A stretch of 64,000 nucleotides of DNA. Source: Candidatus Omnitrophota bacterium. GTDB taxonomy: Bacteria > Omnitrophota > Gorgyraeia > Zapsychrales > Zapsychraceae. Within the stretch, counting starts at the first letter, position 1. The number at the start of each line of letters is the position of its first letter. Positions 12,001-19,120 of this stretch are shown in pieces. The notes beneath the pieces are model-generated. The model worked only from the letters and a program-made list of their open reading frames with translations, searched no databases and had not been told where the DNA came from. The stretch is from contig JBFWOS010000003.1 in assembly GCA_050250375.1 (NCBI GenBank), forward strand, positions 739,359 through 803,358, read 5' to 3'. The position numbers and the translations under genes are program-made.

Positions 12001-15000
12001 AATAATTACTCATGTTATTAAGAGGATTAATTTGATTGAACAAAGATGTAATTACTTGATTATGTATATCGTCATCTGATTTAACTTCACTTGCGTAGCC
12101 CATCTCAATTAATTCTTGATTGCGTTCCTTCATTCTCTTTTCTGTTAGCTCACGGTTTCTTTGAAACTGCGCGACTCTAATAGGACTTCCCCAGATTCCA
12201 GCCATATCTGCCTGCTGCATCCATCGCCCCATAAGAGCATTTCTAGATCTGACTGTCATTTCCGCATCAGACATCGTCGCATCAGCGCCTCCCCTTTCAT
12301 ACAAATCTCGCTGTAGCATATTCGTAGGGTCTGTCCCATTTAAAGTTCCCATAGCCACTAACGCCCCAAAAAGCGGCTGTCCAATTTCTTGGATTGCTCG
12401 CACTGCCATGTCGCCCCATATACCGCCATAAGTACTGTTGTATTGATTATTTATTTCAGTGGAAATACAGCTCGCCTCTTTACCTTTACAACTGGCAATA
12501 ACAGCCCCCATATCAACATACTGCGACCTTTCTGCTGTTTGCTCGATATCATCTAATTGTTGACTTGTTAAATCAGGATTATTGGCAAGAGCCAATTCCC
12601 GGGCAATGGCGCCCCTTCTGTTAGAAATAATTGCATCCGCCGCCGTCCCTATGCCCACATCAAGAGCACCCAAAATCAAAAGACCTGTAAAACGTATGCC
12701 CGCCATTTTTTGCCTGTCCAACTGATTAATCCCAGCACGATCTGATGTTGTCGCACTATCTTCCCATCGATCAAGTCCCGTAGCCACAAAATATCTAACT
12801 AAGCCACTAAACAAGATGGCCGACAATCCTAACATATTGTCTTTACTAGCTTGATTAGTAACTTCTGAAATTAAATTAGCTCTGGCCGTTCCTGTAATTG
12901 CCGACCGCCTCTCTTCCTCGGTGCGAGTCGCATTCGCTATACTAGCCTCCGTACTCCTTTCACTAAGAACGCTCTCCCCAGATGCGGATGCAGTCTGTGT
13001 GGCGCTTTCACCACCAATCCCCCAACTAAATCCTAATAAAGAGAAGAATGACATTTTTTTTGAAGTGCTTAAATATTCATTGTATCTCTCCTGAGCTTGT
13101 CGCTTAGCTTCTTCCGGATTATTAGATAGCGGCCTTGTGTCATTTTCCAACTGGGCCTTTGCATGATTTTCCGCCAAGACTTCCTTACCCCAAGCAATTG
13201 TAGTTCTAATAACGCTCTCAAGAACCATTAATGCCAAAGAATCCGGCTCTAACTTCTTATTAAACAATTTATCAAAAGCCTCAATAACAGCCATTTTAAT
13301 TGCTAGACCAAAAAGCCGATCTATAATAAAGTCGAGTTGCAAACTAAACGATGCCGTCAACCGATCCGTAAAATATTGACCAAATCCACCACTATTGGTT
13401 GTACCTGCTGGAGCGTTCGCTGCTCCCCCAGAAGCCGTATCACCACCAGAAGAACCATTAGTATTATTAGTATTTCTGTTAGTACCGTTATTTTTTTCTA
13501 ATCCGCCTTGTCGCCCCGCCCCAACACCTGTCTCCATAAAATAATCAAACGGCGTAGAGGCAATATCTCCGGCAAAGTTTCCGATTGCGCCAGACACTAT
13601 TCCAACAAAAGCTTGCTCTAAAATTCCAAGAGAGTCATCCTCATCATCAATAAACATCTTTGAGAGTTCTTCAGCCACCAATTTTTGCACATACATAGAG
13701 GTCAATGAATACGCCAACGCCGCGGGCAATTGCTGCGCGACTTGAGAAAATATTTGACCAAAAGTTGCTGAAAGCGTTGCTGACTTTGCTGTTCCAGCAG
13801 CCGCTTGTTCTCCGCCAACTTTTAAGGCAGCCCCCTTAAATAAAGACCCACCAACAGCGATAGCCATATTTAACAACATGGCTTGATTTTCGTTGCACAC
13901 CCCCTTCATGTAACAAACTGTTGCTACAGCTGATGCAAATTGGGATAGCCCATATGAAAAATTAAACGCTGCCGCAAAACTAGCAAATGAATCAAATGCT
14001 CCCGCACTGGAACTAAACAACTCTGCCAACTTAGCCAACAATTGGGCCAGTTTGCTCATTTCATTTGCAGCCTTAGCGGCTTCTGCTGCAGCGGTCAGCG
14101 CTTGCCCTATACCCCAAGTCACAACAATGATGACAAGAGTTGTGATAACCCCGCTCCATTCTTCGCTGGAGCTTACAAGACCAGGTAAATCATCTGATTG
14201 ATCACGCCATTTATCACCCCACACAAACGCCGCCATTGAATCTGGAATGAATTCAATTTCTAAGTCTTTTTTATTCTCCAGGTTTTTAGCAAGAACGAAA
14301 CCGCTTAATTCTGAAATAAATACATCTTTTGCTAAATATACTGGAAGACCTATATCATTATAATAAATTTTATTATCATCAATAGCTGTGACCGTCACAA
14401 AGTGTTCGTTCTTGAAACTGGCAATGAAAGGGGGTTCCAATTTTACAACATCTTCAGGGGCTAATTTAGCATTTTTAAAATTTAAGCCATACGCATTTAC
14501 GATTTTACTGATTGAATAAAGAGATGTTTTTAGCTTTTTCTCCCCCGGCTTAACAATATTACTCATTAAATCTACCGTCAAGGAGGTCACAGATAACTCT
14601 TCTAATTCAATATCAAATTCATAAGATTTTAAAATATCCTTAAGAGAATAAACACCACAATTTAACGGATGAATTTCAGGATTCGTTAACCAATTTGTTA
14701 TCTGAGAAATATAGCTATCATTAAAATTATTATTATTTTCTAATAGAATACTATAAATTTCATTATTTTTATTGGAAGATTTAGGCAACTCAAGCTTTAC
14801 GCGTGAATTCTCTTGGTAGGCTATTTGATCTAATAAATTTTTAATGCTTTTAGAAATTTTGTTTGAAACTAAATCACTGGAAGATTCACCCTGAATGTGT
14901 GAGGTAGTTTGCGAAGGATAAACACTCTTATCTCCCCATAAGACTAAAGGATTATAATTAAACGCCCAACTAGCCTGCTCTGGAACAAAAACTAGTATAA

Positions 15001-15241
15001 TAACTAAAGATACAGCCCTCATCCACGACTTAAATCGACTTCGAAAACGAACATCAGATCTATTAGATTGGACATATGGGCCAAGATCTAACTGATTTTG
15101 ATACACGATTCCCGCATCATTATCAGCAAAATTTAACTCCAAAGATTTCATTTGGGATAAATCTTGCCAATCATCGGATTTCGGTTTTTTTAAGTTACCC
15201 CGATTGATATCTAAATTGTCCTCTTCAGAACCCATATCCAT
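1..15241 (-). CDS. Giant multidomain protein, 3'-partial (at least 5080 aa): signal-like segment, C39 peptidase, hydrophobic blocks, SecA-DEAD-like P-loop domain
   Basis: ATG at 15241 (MDMGSEEDNLD...). Hand translation at 15241-13000, 6000-4000 and 760-2 is open in one frame. The ORF track lists no terminated ORF in this frame, consistent with no stop before the edge (rny at the right edge is omitted the same way). Motifs LNCGVYSL, EHFVTV, YYNDIG and GATGSGKS are all in frame. Confidence 0.9.
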   Translation of the reverse strand, partial: MDMGSEEDNLDINRGNLKKPKSDDWQDLSQMKSLELNFADNDAGIVYQNQLDLGPYVQSNRSDVRFRSRFKSWMRAVSLVIILVFVPEQASWAFNYNPLVLWGDKSVYPSQTTSHIQGESSSDLVSNKISKSIKNLLDQIAYQENSRVKLELPKSSNKNNEIYSILLENNNNFNDSYISQITNWLTNPEIHPLNCGVYSLKDILKSYEFDIELEELSVTSLTVDLMSNIVKPGEKKLKTSLYSISKIVNAYGLNFKNAKLAPEDVVKLEPPFIASFKNEHFVTVTAIDDNKIYYNDIGLPVYLAKDVFISELSGFVLAKNLENKKDLEIEFIPDSMAAFVWGDKWRDQSDDLPGLVSSSEEWSGVITTLVIIVVTWGIGQALTAAAEAAKAANEMSKLAQLLAKLAELFSSSAGAFDSFASFAAAFNFSYGLSQFASAVATVCYMKGVCNENQAMLLNMAIAVGGSLFKGAALKVGGEQAAAGTAKSATLSATFGQIFSQVAQQLPAALAYSLTSMYVQKLVAEELSKMFIDDEDDSLGILEQAFVGIVSGAIGNFAGDIASTPFDYFMETGVGAGRQGGLEKNNGTNRNTNNTNGSSGGDTASGGAANAPAGTTNSGGFGQYFTDRLTASFSLQLDFIIDRLFGLAIKMAVIEAFDKLFNKKLEPDSLALMVLESVIRTTIAWGKEVLAENHAKAQLENDTRPLSNNPEEAKRQAQERYNEYLSTSKKMSFFSLLGFSWGIGGESATQTASASGESVLSERSTEASIANATRTEEERRSAITGTARANLISEVTNQASKDNMLGLSAILFSGLVRYFVATGLDRWEDSATTSDRAGINQLDRQKMAGIRFTGLLILGALDVGIGTAADAIISNRRGAIARELALANNPDLTSQQLDDIEQTAERSQYVDMGAVIASCKGKEASCISTEINNQYNSTYGGIWGDMAVRAIQEIGQPLFGALVAMGTLNGTDPTNMLQRDLYERGGADATMSDAEMTVRSRNALMGRWMQQADMAGIWGSPIRVAQFQRNRELTEKRMKERNQELIEMGYASEVKSDDDIHNQVITSLFNQINPLNNMSNYFYDTFNSYIGEYLIGGNSPGLRGVEELITMGGVLFGAYDATASDVNATLNTLRSSSVNIQNPTFVDAVLASNTVNILGENSAFTKSLNTLGIQARAPTRWSFALRDAAGVESRQTYLFGGHYGFEFDQNNPSETGVGYRADFIGFGQNGLNMVDRLGGGTLRFKMIQRFDPLVLSSVFGLTSETAGVWNGGRFTSMQDMYDGQYMFQRDDDGYLYRVNSTTGERVRIDQDGELALLTNQDTQIQALVDPAFISYMNANGVDVEISEGRLMNRRGEEFQFGALRTSTQGKTGNTPDNFILTNNKVVGSESEAFARSIVAYRNAISEGKSKDDALYLSQRAYRDALFEPGPPIGFRRAIGWDRNEAEQFAAGRLNLERLRRERDGEEFTIEQQREFVAQQYSARLAHNREIESRGDVYTVFGGARVRAPGSSQVVANLNNQLELFVSNNPVVNAQDGITLDASSLTKGISTAAFVTPKEGEEGAGVLKFIGTRRSDFLTLQQTIQIITNDNQETRKAIQGLIGQHYLIAGANPDGNNGVLVRNPESTGLKLERAEELAAAMGIDPAVSGRVNGMLSLARGAYANGISVNINYTASDREEIYSADGKRLLSSRANQFLTAPISFNIGRGGVDLGSSMTIITRDLAGNILYRAQAIRPAATMLAAGPIDENTRASLRALGINEAFLQGLTGGDGMIATQVILADAINPNDPTLSRNADGTINIEKVINGRAFYDVFILDKNGNQVLASGAPVTTSIRTSPADSDPNSVPETRESVLAAGTPLASRALFSEGIINPDKANQMGQARLGARNADGTLIQEPQLNPEDLGNSLFRLRYNPETDRVVRAGITQGFLGYDNSAAARSMFVTNSVYSTIAPFLRAPVTESNQNRSNEVKTEATIAQALRPDPAGEAAINGLVILGLRDRYDQAYVEPFDFYGESAFQQNYGIKIGMGSVIRTSNIVRDGNDQLVRRDPVFGKNPFQQVYYNPTTNALYQDDQGMPVYGQVEQGTVYIIRPVREGGSPDGQIIGAEMVQPNELNRGALALSLSGRASTRIGEGASAVREAGYVAVANRGRPFVYDGDRKEWITVDPTNRGEAYVISQQDVVVSDASQERRLASEVSAETMAGGGLTPRREAYLALFSGIRRDGPTGLMIFTPAERQNGQQNQILISDAMGAISARSIISETVNAGLTYHTLTGVVTAGSPGLERTIRPEDQVRNPEFIRRTARGESTEGVQEFITQAEAIKNELRASTQSTEAESEAEPQRDNQSGSEAATLNVPIDTDGTATITAASPGINLATGRFEMLLANNSLVPLTGNIKQGNLTVDPINGDVRMGRLFNSTSPEFNGRTETQGGTVWMTVNRRSIGGIDANGRFNMRSESQGDFYNVEQAVARAIAGTENATGFGADRPPALPEGAVPSNVGFGISELRIVGTRTIREGGLIRSARYFDGTIVASPEASMSMEAGEIVASRGNNTPDSRRDASGPVYYTALGQAVDFIRGRSGEEVSTFNLARVGDGNKLFIGASDGVQVIRDYLDPDKNKNPNAPNPPAEQRTTDSRDPGQTAVVESLDEGGGRGLVLLRAGRQASADAQTIKNNVLATDSDPRAEGDQFYQAGGVNTETALFYGITDQGMTFNEFMSNSNYFFKHEPNAAINRANQLIVSNSVSQVIANERGGGTAQVSQTNKLSTNAGGSIISMDARGNSRYYNFTNQWSMYADNVRIVGDLVDDGRLINFRDNGETLTSADGGFATYLNNPTGEVWSNYSRRGGIERAVTYITGRNNVYLYRDRTGKLRDALILQGGEVFVNASALPGANAQQNVVREDIRRSDNTKIGEVVVDRETGVIRVQMNDGRTYDINGRTASGQLDENVARTQAREVAARVRQDATADGRLEAGYRESSPDIFLDRGKENVIQTTRVRGEGETVLTKIILGSDGRLSLAIGSTQQDDPTIQPTPSDLPGRIFSRDENKEIVIRLDSTLRAEGSTGNVMQDFPLWGQDSTTIVDRNFEMKYYAGADSERGIPRAGVFPEFSQAKSITLSNAGGITDRAPVLLYGVTRRGTTEQVIYAFLGGETNVESILERNFENIYYGDDQATINRHTRMRGDLIQNLSFVKEGDEVHAVINSFGLEVNGRLINGALISTPQGRKFFPNYQAQRIRGIEVTDPDGTKRTVGGMTMYTLVRDNREGNPFNLPDVLYFNENGTSATREQFAAAFYSQSREFHTIVQSERYRQITESLLQDAQNELALEDERSALARTLSAKEDQVDSLNSQIRAIIRSGRHWTDYFANSGGGDMGMGVGPYDYVDIDQLAIDRLSPTDRQRLTQLKEQRAALQQEVASIHNFEGALQRAKNFFFARSTVFGNDDDLLFDGSMLGQSSEEQIGLARILTSSSDRDRYYSIRENAIDGISFTLDSGAINPAYVDAMRRVNREQMDLVLSKMSVDQMMQYGTPMLAVNDAVTWSELGGYTLIVGGAIFGIVSTFFDPSVAGSKVLAGGLIATGVAATSVIGADILKHGETGRHLTGGEIALYGVLGAITPLRFGFLGTVGTATTRYTTTAMLTAGTYTLARVGIQNAPNLARVVGFLELSAATSALATGLGASYNVMSGGWDNIGNNLGNWALVGASAPLSVLAVGRGLTMLGGGVKAGAAAEAGAATVAATPGLLTRAFTYVGGARGAAVASALTSTSARNLFVGARDFGLIAGLGNQAGYLGGVIASGKDFSGYEFIKSFAQGYGAGFAGALVVGGLGLGLLKTAAGQRFMNIYTLGLKETATFQDFLIAGRALNLQNTKILGISMTEATRRVIMTRALPGGVFNMARGAGADFARDGQHNNGIGATAGDFLVGAALGTVLGGRNLPGILSRGRLGTNMQALQMGGGQIFKLFGQEVAVKRGVGSLLGPRFALMGALGAHAETYYKIDKDGKPVEYGLTGYLLNAAAGYFVSSYFGGSSLAEAIGISMPKTEVVGSVNRMAAWAKGVNPQGLPLRDSLLLSSSTKQGLGKFFTNETLGGYIARQSALGSGSGALLGYGVGVSANLANGKSVSESLLSGNTLLYALGGGAIGGVMGAMRGGLQFARQQVLGELAKEQLSLRVLLDNPQLVRSVTMFGAADFALIMPAFAAMTVPVEGIITSSMGNDNKTMAQHFRGALNKLFLVDAQGREIGIFNSMLVHMLSGFDMGTDIALPLALGQKRLSSIAFARTTATGETKYVAGAFDTLMAHPYMHSQLATVAKLTSIHQITANMIRGNDLFIQSIQSSAPAAAEQALREENSRRRSRGYEELTGADAAQFKANAERNYVDQKVDEMASQVAFYSLPGFAAGGRGRTIPGLEEGPLAGGSGAGITPSTRRGPTGIGSGETGSVGSRTGFEADQLGLALTSGGRGVFEVTIQQAKDLHSRGNVEGADILEQALRFAPEKTTNVDQIMADSKGQAEQTSGTPLSRSQAEQLAAQNAEFNGWRSAQVSELREWRANNPTTNMASDSSTGASDGARSLTNSQVEMLVNTQIVRLEAQGGGRENWTETRQQLGQGTSPLSVREFRDSNGQLRVRITEGNAIEVYEYIDPLASSAESIGRSGLWYSQQGSGSNGRTRTVLIHNGEGSVRLHEISEMARTRQKDMMDLGKVVVSAEVADRLSTSTPHDFVENVLGYVGEAGQGRTIAEKASGLQPRAPDSPLKLPDILTPPITGPPTGILSTTLPFLMSRRGTSAETSTSRLRVGASDGLKDKQRTTEDELVGPLRNAMQKGRNQEQVNMDAALKDQLDYQLDLVERQVMSGEAGKGEIYSVAGATGSGKSSVSVPAIAAELKVRYEQLSQKLGRKLQAPFVLSVETDASQLRQNSEQTAIWAGRIRTGELLSGKEGPQLSVQRLELSRMTPEQIIEAIKTGDVGHITNIDLKTLLGTGYEKSFREAIAERGIDLHVGEDLAMAALSMSKEGGNAVKQKMAENFESTFERLQKDNIKLEAQATPIITESGDVIFIDLSSSKGETPQGRRVNLNLEHSPEAERIALDLAG

Positions 15242-15359
15242 AGCCTTTTATGTCCAATCTAAGCACCCCAACGACATAATTTTTTAGGACTATCCATACA
15301 CACCCAAACCAGCCCCATACTTACGGATCGTGAATTTAGCACCACCCCTAAAAACACAA

Positions 15360-15386
15360 ATTTTAACAAAGAATACATGAATTCAA
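15360..15386 (-). promoter_or_regulatory. Proximal sigma70-like promoter for the giant gene
   Basis: Minus strand TTGAAT-N15-TAAAAT with an extended -10 TG and an upstream A-tract; the spacer is short. Confidence 0.4.
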
Positions 15387-15464
15387 GTTTTTTATATAAA
15401 CTAACCGCACCCTTGTTATAAATGACCATATTCGACCTTACCTTGGACAGATTGATTTAAAGAC

Positions 15465-15498
15465 AAAAAAAATGACCACCCTTTTTGAGGTAGCCATT
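15465..15498 (-). terminator. Intrinsic terminator upstream of the giant gene
   Basis: Minus strand aatggctacc-loop-ggtggtcatt followed by a T-tract. Confidence 0.7.
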
Positions 15499-15666
15499 AT
15501 AAATTGACGCTGACTGGATTGAAAAAATTGAATTTTGGTTAAGGATCTATTCATTCTTATCCCTTTTCGTCAATCTAGCGTTGATTTATCTTAAGATCGA
15601 AATTTGGGAATTTATAACGATAAAAGCGCAAATTATGTTTATTCCCCTATAACTTGAGTATAATAT

Positions 15667-15695
15667 ATTATAACTGTCGGAACACAATGTTTCAA
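15667..15695 (-). promoter_or_regulatory. Distal sigma70 promoter
   Basis: Minus strand TTGAAA-N17-TATAAT preceded by an A-tract. Confidence 0.7.
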
Positions 15696-16841
15696 GTTTT
15701 TTTATACTTAAAAATCTTTTATTTTCAAAGATTTACAACATTTTAATGGCGAAATGAATATTTATTTTCTGCAACAAAATTTAATTCAATTTTTTTATTA
15801 ATACAATAAACTAAAATAAATTTTTAAGAATTATATATATAAAATATACTATATTTATGTATATATCAAGAAAAATTTCAAATATTTTTTAGAGATACAT
15901 CTTTTGAAGAATTAATCGTCGACGATAAAATTTAATTTTTGAGATTTTAGTAAATATTTTCTTGAAATTAATTTTTTAAAGTTAATTTCTATTTGATTTT
16001 TTATGTTTAAACTAAATACCTTCTTTTTCTTTTTTTAAAATATTCAAACTAGCAACTCCGAAGTTTCTTTTTTCGATGAACCCTCAATAATGTCCATTCT
16101 GCGCTCTAGTATGGCCTATTTTTAATTTTTTTATTTTGGACAATAGATTCTATGACTCCCTCTATTTCTTTCAAAATTAGGCCAAATAAGCGAAAAATAG
16201 AGCCATTTAAAATTCAAGTGCCCTGCTTGCATTGATTATTTCGTTTTTTTATGCCCCATATGTTGTATTAAATCTTTTGTTGGGCTCAGTATCTGGTGCC
16301 TACACTAGTTCGATTTTGAAATCCCCCCCCTAATTACAACCATCTTGATATATTTGGTGTTAAGTATCGCGTTTAATTCTTTATAAAAATGACGGCCCTA
16401 TTAAACTTAAAATGAATTAACAGAATTTTTAATCATTTTATAATTTTTGCATAAACATATAATTTAATATAAAAACCTGTGCTTCTAGAAAATCTACCTG
16501 GGGTAATTATTGGGCATATTTCAGTAAGAATAATAATGCTTTAAACAAATATTTCTGTTCTTTTACATATCGCAATATTCGCATCTAAAAGCCAACCATA
16601 ACACCTAATGTATCTATATCATTCACTATATATATTTAATTAAAATTTCTGATTAAAAGTGCTACCCAACACCATAAATACTTATGTACAAGATGACTTA
16701 TTAAAAATATTAATAAACATGGTTATTCCTATTTAAATGTTAGTTATTAAAAACTTATAAATTTTGAAATTTAAGAAAGAAATCTAATAATCCACGATCA
16801 GAAAATAACAATCAAGTAGGGATAATAAAATTTCGACAGGA

Positions 16842-17723
16842 TTATCCGCCGGAAAGATGTTCGAATGGATTGTTTTCGACAAAATCTAATAGGATGGGAC
16901 CTGCAACAAGAATACCAACAACAGGAAAGATAAAAAGTAACAAGGGCACCAACATTTTCATAGGTGCTTTGAGAGCCAATTGTTCCCCTCTACGATACCT
17001 CGCAAGCCGCATATCTTCTGAAAGAATATTTAACGCTTCGGTTACGGAGGTCCCCATTTTATCAGCTTGAATTAATGTGCGAGAAAAAGTCGATAAATCT
17101 GGCAATTCATACCTTGCTGCCAAATCTTTTATTGCATCTCTTCGGGTCTTTCCAACATTAATTTCTTGAAGGACAACGTTTAATTCATCAATCATAACTG
17201 ACGGCGGCGACTTTTCAACAACCCATTTCAATGAAAGCATAAAGTCCAACCCTGCATTGACACACAACCCGAGCAAATCAATAGCATCCGGCAACTCTTT
17301 GACTATAATCGCCTTAACTTTTTTGATTTTTCCGCGTATTAGCATTTCTGGAAGAAGGTATCCGACCCCGAGACTCATAAATAACCAAAACATCATCATA
17401 TCAGGGTTAATTGCAGGAAATGTTACGAATAGTACTAATATAATACATAATTCTTTGGCGAGTATAAATTCTTCAGGCGTAATATTAATATGCGCTACAG
17501 CCAAATCCTTTTCAATTCTCTGTCGCATGGCACCTTGACAAACAGGTTTATTCAATTTTGCCACAATTCTTACAACTGAAGATAAACTCTTCTTCTTCTT
17601 TGGGGCTGTCGGCTGTATCCCTAATGCACTTAGAGTTGGTCTATGTTCCCATTCAACAGGAATTAGCCCTAGGATAAAGAAAAATATACATAAATAAGTG
17701 TTAATTAACAATATCGTGAACAC
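16842..17723 (-). CDS. tadC: Tad pilus inner-membrane platform protein TadC (T2SSF family)
   Basis: ELPDAIDLLGLCVNAGLDF, QADKMGTSV and KAPMKMLVPLLLFIFP motifs; adjacent to tadB. Confidence 0.92.
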   Translation of the reverse strand: MFTILLINTYLCIFFFILGLIPVEWEHRPTLSALGIQPTAPKKKKSLSSVVRIVAKLNKPVCQGAMRQRIEKDLAVAHINITPEEFILAKELCIILVLFVTFPAINPDMMMFWLFMSLGVGYLLPEMLIRGKIKKVKAIIVKELPDAIDLLGLCVNAGLDFMLSLKWVVEKSPPSVMIDELNVVLQEINVGKTRRDAIKDLAARYELPDLSTFSRTLIQADKMGTSVTEALNILSEDMRLARYRRGEQLALKAPMKMLVPLLLFIFPVVGILVAGPILLDFVENNPFEHLSGG

Positions 17724-17725
17724 GT

Positions 17726-18583
17726 TTAAAAGTCCTTGAAAGTACTAATTTTCCACACCATATATGCTCCAAACGACCAAGAAAATCCAGCATAAATTAG
17801 CATTGTTCTACCTAATTTTGACGTGAACATATTATCAAACATTTGCGGATTGGTTGAATATATAACAAAACCGAAGCCGATAGGAAGTAAAGTTAGTACT
17901 GCGCCCTGAATTTTACCTTGAAGCGTTAGTGTATCCAAATTTTGTTGTATTTTTCTGCTTTCACGGATATTTGTAACAATGCGATTAAAAATTACAGGTA
18001 GGTTTCCGCCCGTTTCTCTTGCTAATAAGATAGCGGTAATCATTTGTTGTAATGCTATGGAGGACATCCTGTTATATAAATGATTTAGAGCTTCTTCTAA
18101 TGAAACTCCCATCTTATTTTCACCTAAGACAATCCCAAACTCTTTTCGAATGGGATCCGGCATTTCTTGTTCAACAGCTTCCATTGCCTGCACCAAACTC
18201 AATCCGCCCCGAAAAGAACTCGACATAATCATTAGCGCATCAATCAATTGACCGTCAAATTTATCCCGGTTCTTTTTGGTTAACATTTGTATATAAATAC
18301 CCGGAAATAAAAGGCCCAAAATGACGCCAAAAATAATCCCAAAAAATCGCATTTCCTCTGGAAAAATGAAATAAAACCCTGCTGCCAATATTAATGGAGC
18401 TAAAATAAATACACGACTAAGCTTCCTAGCATCTGTACGGGACATCAACTTTTCCATGTTATTGGATAGCTTTTGTTGACGGCGCTCGCTAATCACTGCG
18501 GTTCTGCTATAAACACTAGGAATAAGTTGATAGCCAATTAATGTTACTGTCGCAAATACTAATAATAAAATAATTATTAACAT
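17726..18583 (-). CDS. tadB: Tad pilus platform protein TadB
   Basis: FDGQLIDALMIMSSSFRGGLSLVQAM, ETGGNL and LTLQGKIQGAVLTLLP motifs. Confidence 0.92.
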   Translation of the reverse strand: MLIIILLLVFATVTLIGYQLIPSVYSRTAVISERRQQKLSNNMEKLMSRTDARKLSRVFILAPLILAAGFYFIFPEEMRFFGIIFGVILGLLFPGIYIQMLTKKNRDKFDGQLIDALMIMSSSFRGGLSLVQAMEAVEQEMPDPIRKEFGIVLGENKMGVSLEEALNHLYNRMSSIALQQMITAILLARETGGNLPVIFNRIVTNIRESRKIQQNLDTLTLQGKIQGAVLTLLPIGFGFVIYSTNPQMFDNMFTSKLGRTMLIYAGFSWSFGAYMVWKISTFKDF

Positions 18584-18741
18584 TCTAAATTCCCAATTTC
18601 AATATTTTAATATAATTCTATTATACAATATAAAATTAAGATTACCAGTATTGAAAACACAATTTTTTACATTTGATATTAATCTGCGGGGGGATAATTT
18701 TGGAATTTAAGCCATTAAATCAGAAAGGTTTGAAGGCGAAG

Positions 18742-19101
18742 TTAAAGATTGCACACATCTCTGCCCCCATAACTTGAACGACAAGTTGTATTAATACATT
18801 CTTGGCAATCAATCGGGTTGGCTGTTTCCGCAACGCAATCTGGCTCACCACATGTAGCATCAAAACAAACCGCGTTATACCATAAACCTGTATTTTGCCA
18901 CCGATCGTATCCACATTCGATTGTAAGGTTTGGATCATATAGTCGACCATGACCTATCGAATCACCCACCCCTTTCCATCTCCCATATATGCCTCTTGCT
19001 ATATATTTTTGAAAGATTAACATAGCTGTCAATACAAACATTAATAATGCAATAATTTCAATTACAGATTGCGCTTTATTTGCATAAAATTTTTTTAACA
19101 T
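18742..19101 (-). CDS. Minor pilin-like protein (119 aa) with Cys-rich C-terminus
   Basis: Start reassigned to ATG 19101: MLKKFYANKAQSVIE, hydrophobic helix, then RGIYGRWK motif shared with neighbouring pilins. Confidence 0.8.
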   Translation of the reverse strand: MLKKFYANKAQSVIEIIALLMFVLTAMLIFQKYIARGIYGRWKGVGDSIGHGRLYDPNLTIECGYDRWQNTGLWYNAVCFDATCGEPDCVAETANPIDCQECINTTCRSSYGGRDVCNL

Positions 19102-19120
19102 AATGATCCCAAAATAATTT

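Noticed and set aside
4700-12500. RHS/YD, RTX or haemagglutinin repeats in the giant protein
   Set aside because: Scattered YD/DG dipeptides occur, but I saw no periodic consensus or GGxGxD nonapeptides in the stretches translated.
15457-15554. Short minus-strand ORF (MNRSLTKIQFF...) as a leader peptide
   Set aside because: It runs through the terminator itself and has no regulatory codon run; insufficient support.
15710-16840. Very AT-rich 1.1 kb gap as a hidden gene, CRISPR array or origin
   Set aside because: No ORF of 60 aa or more, no repeat-spacer periodicity and no DnaA-box cluster; a better oriC candidate lies at dnaA.
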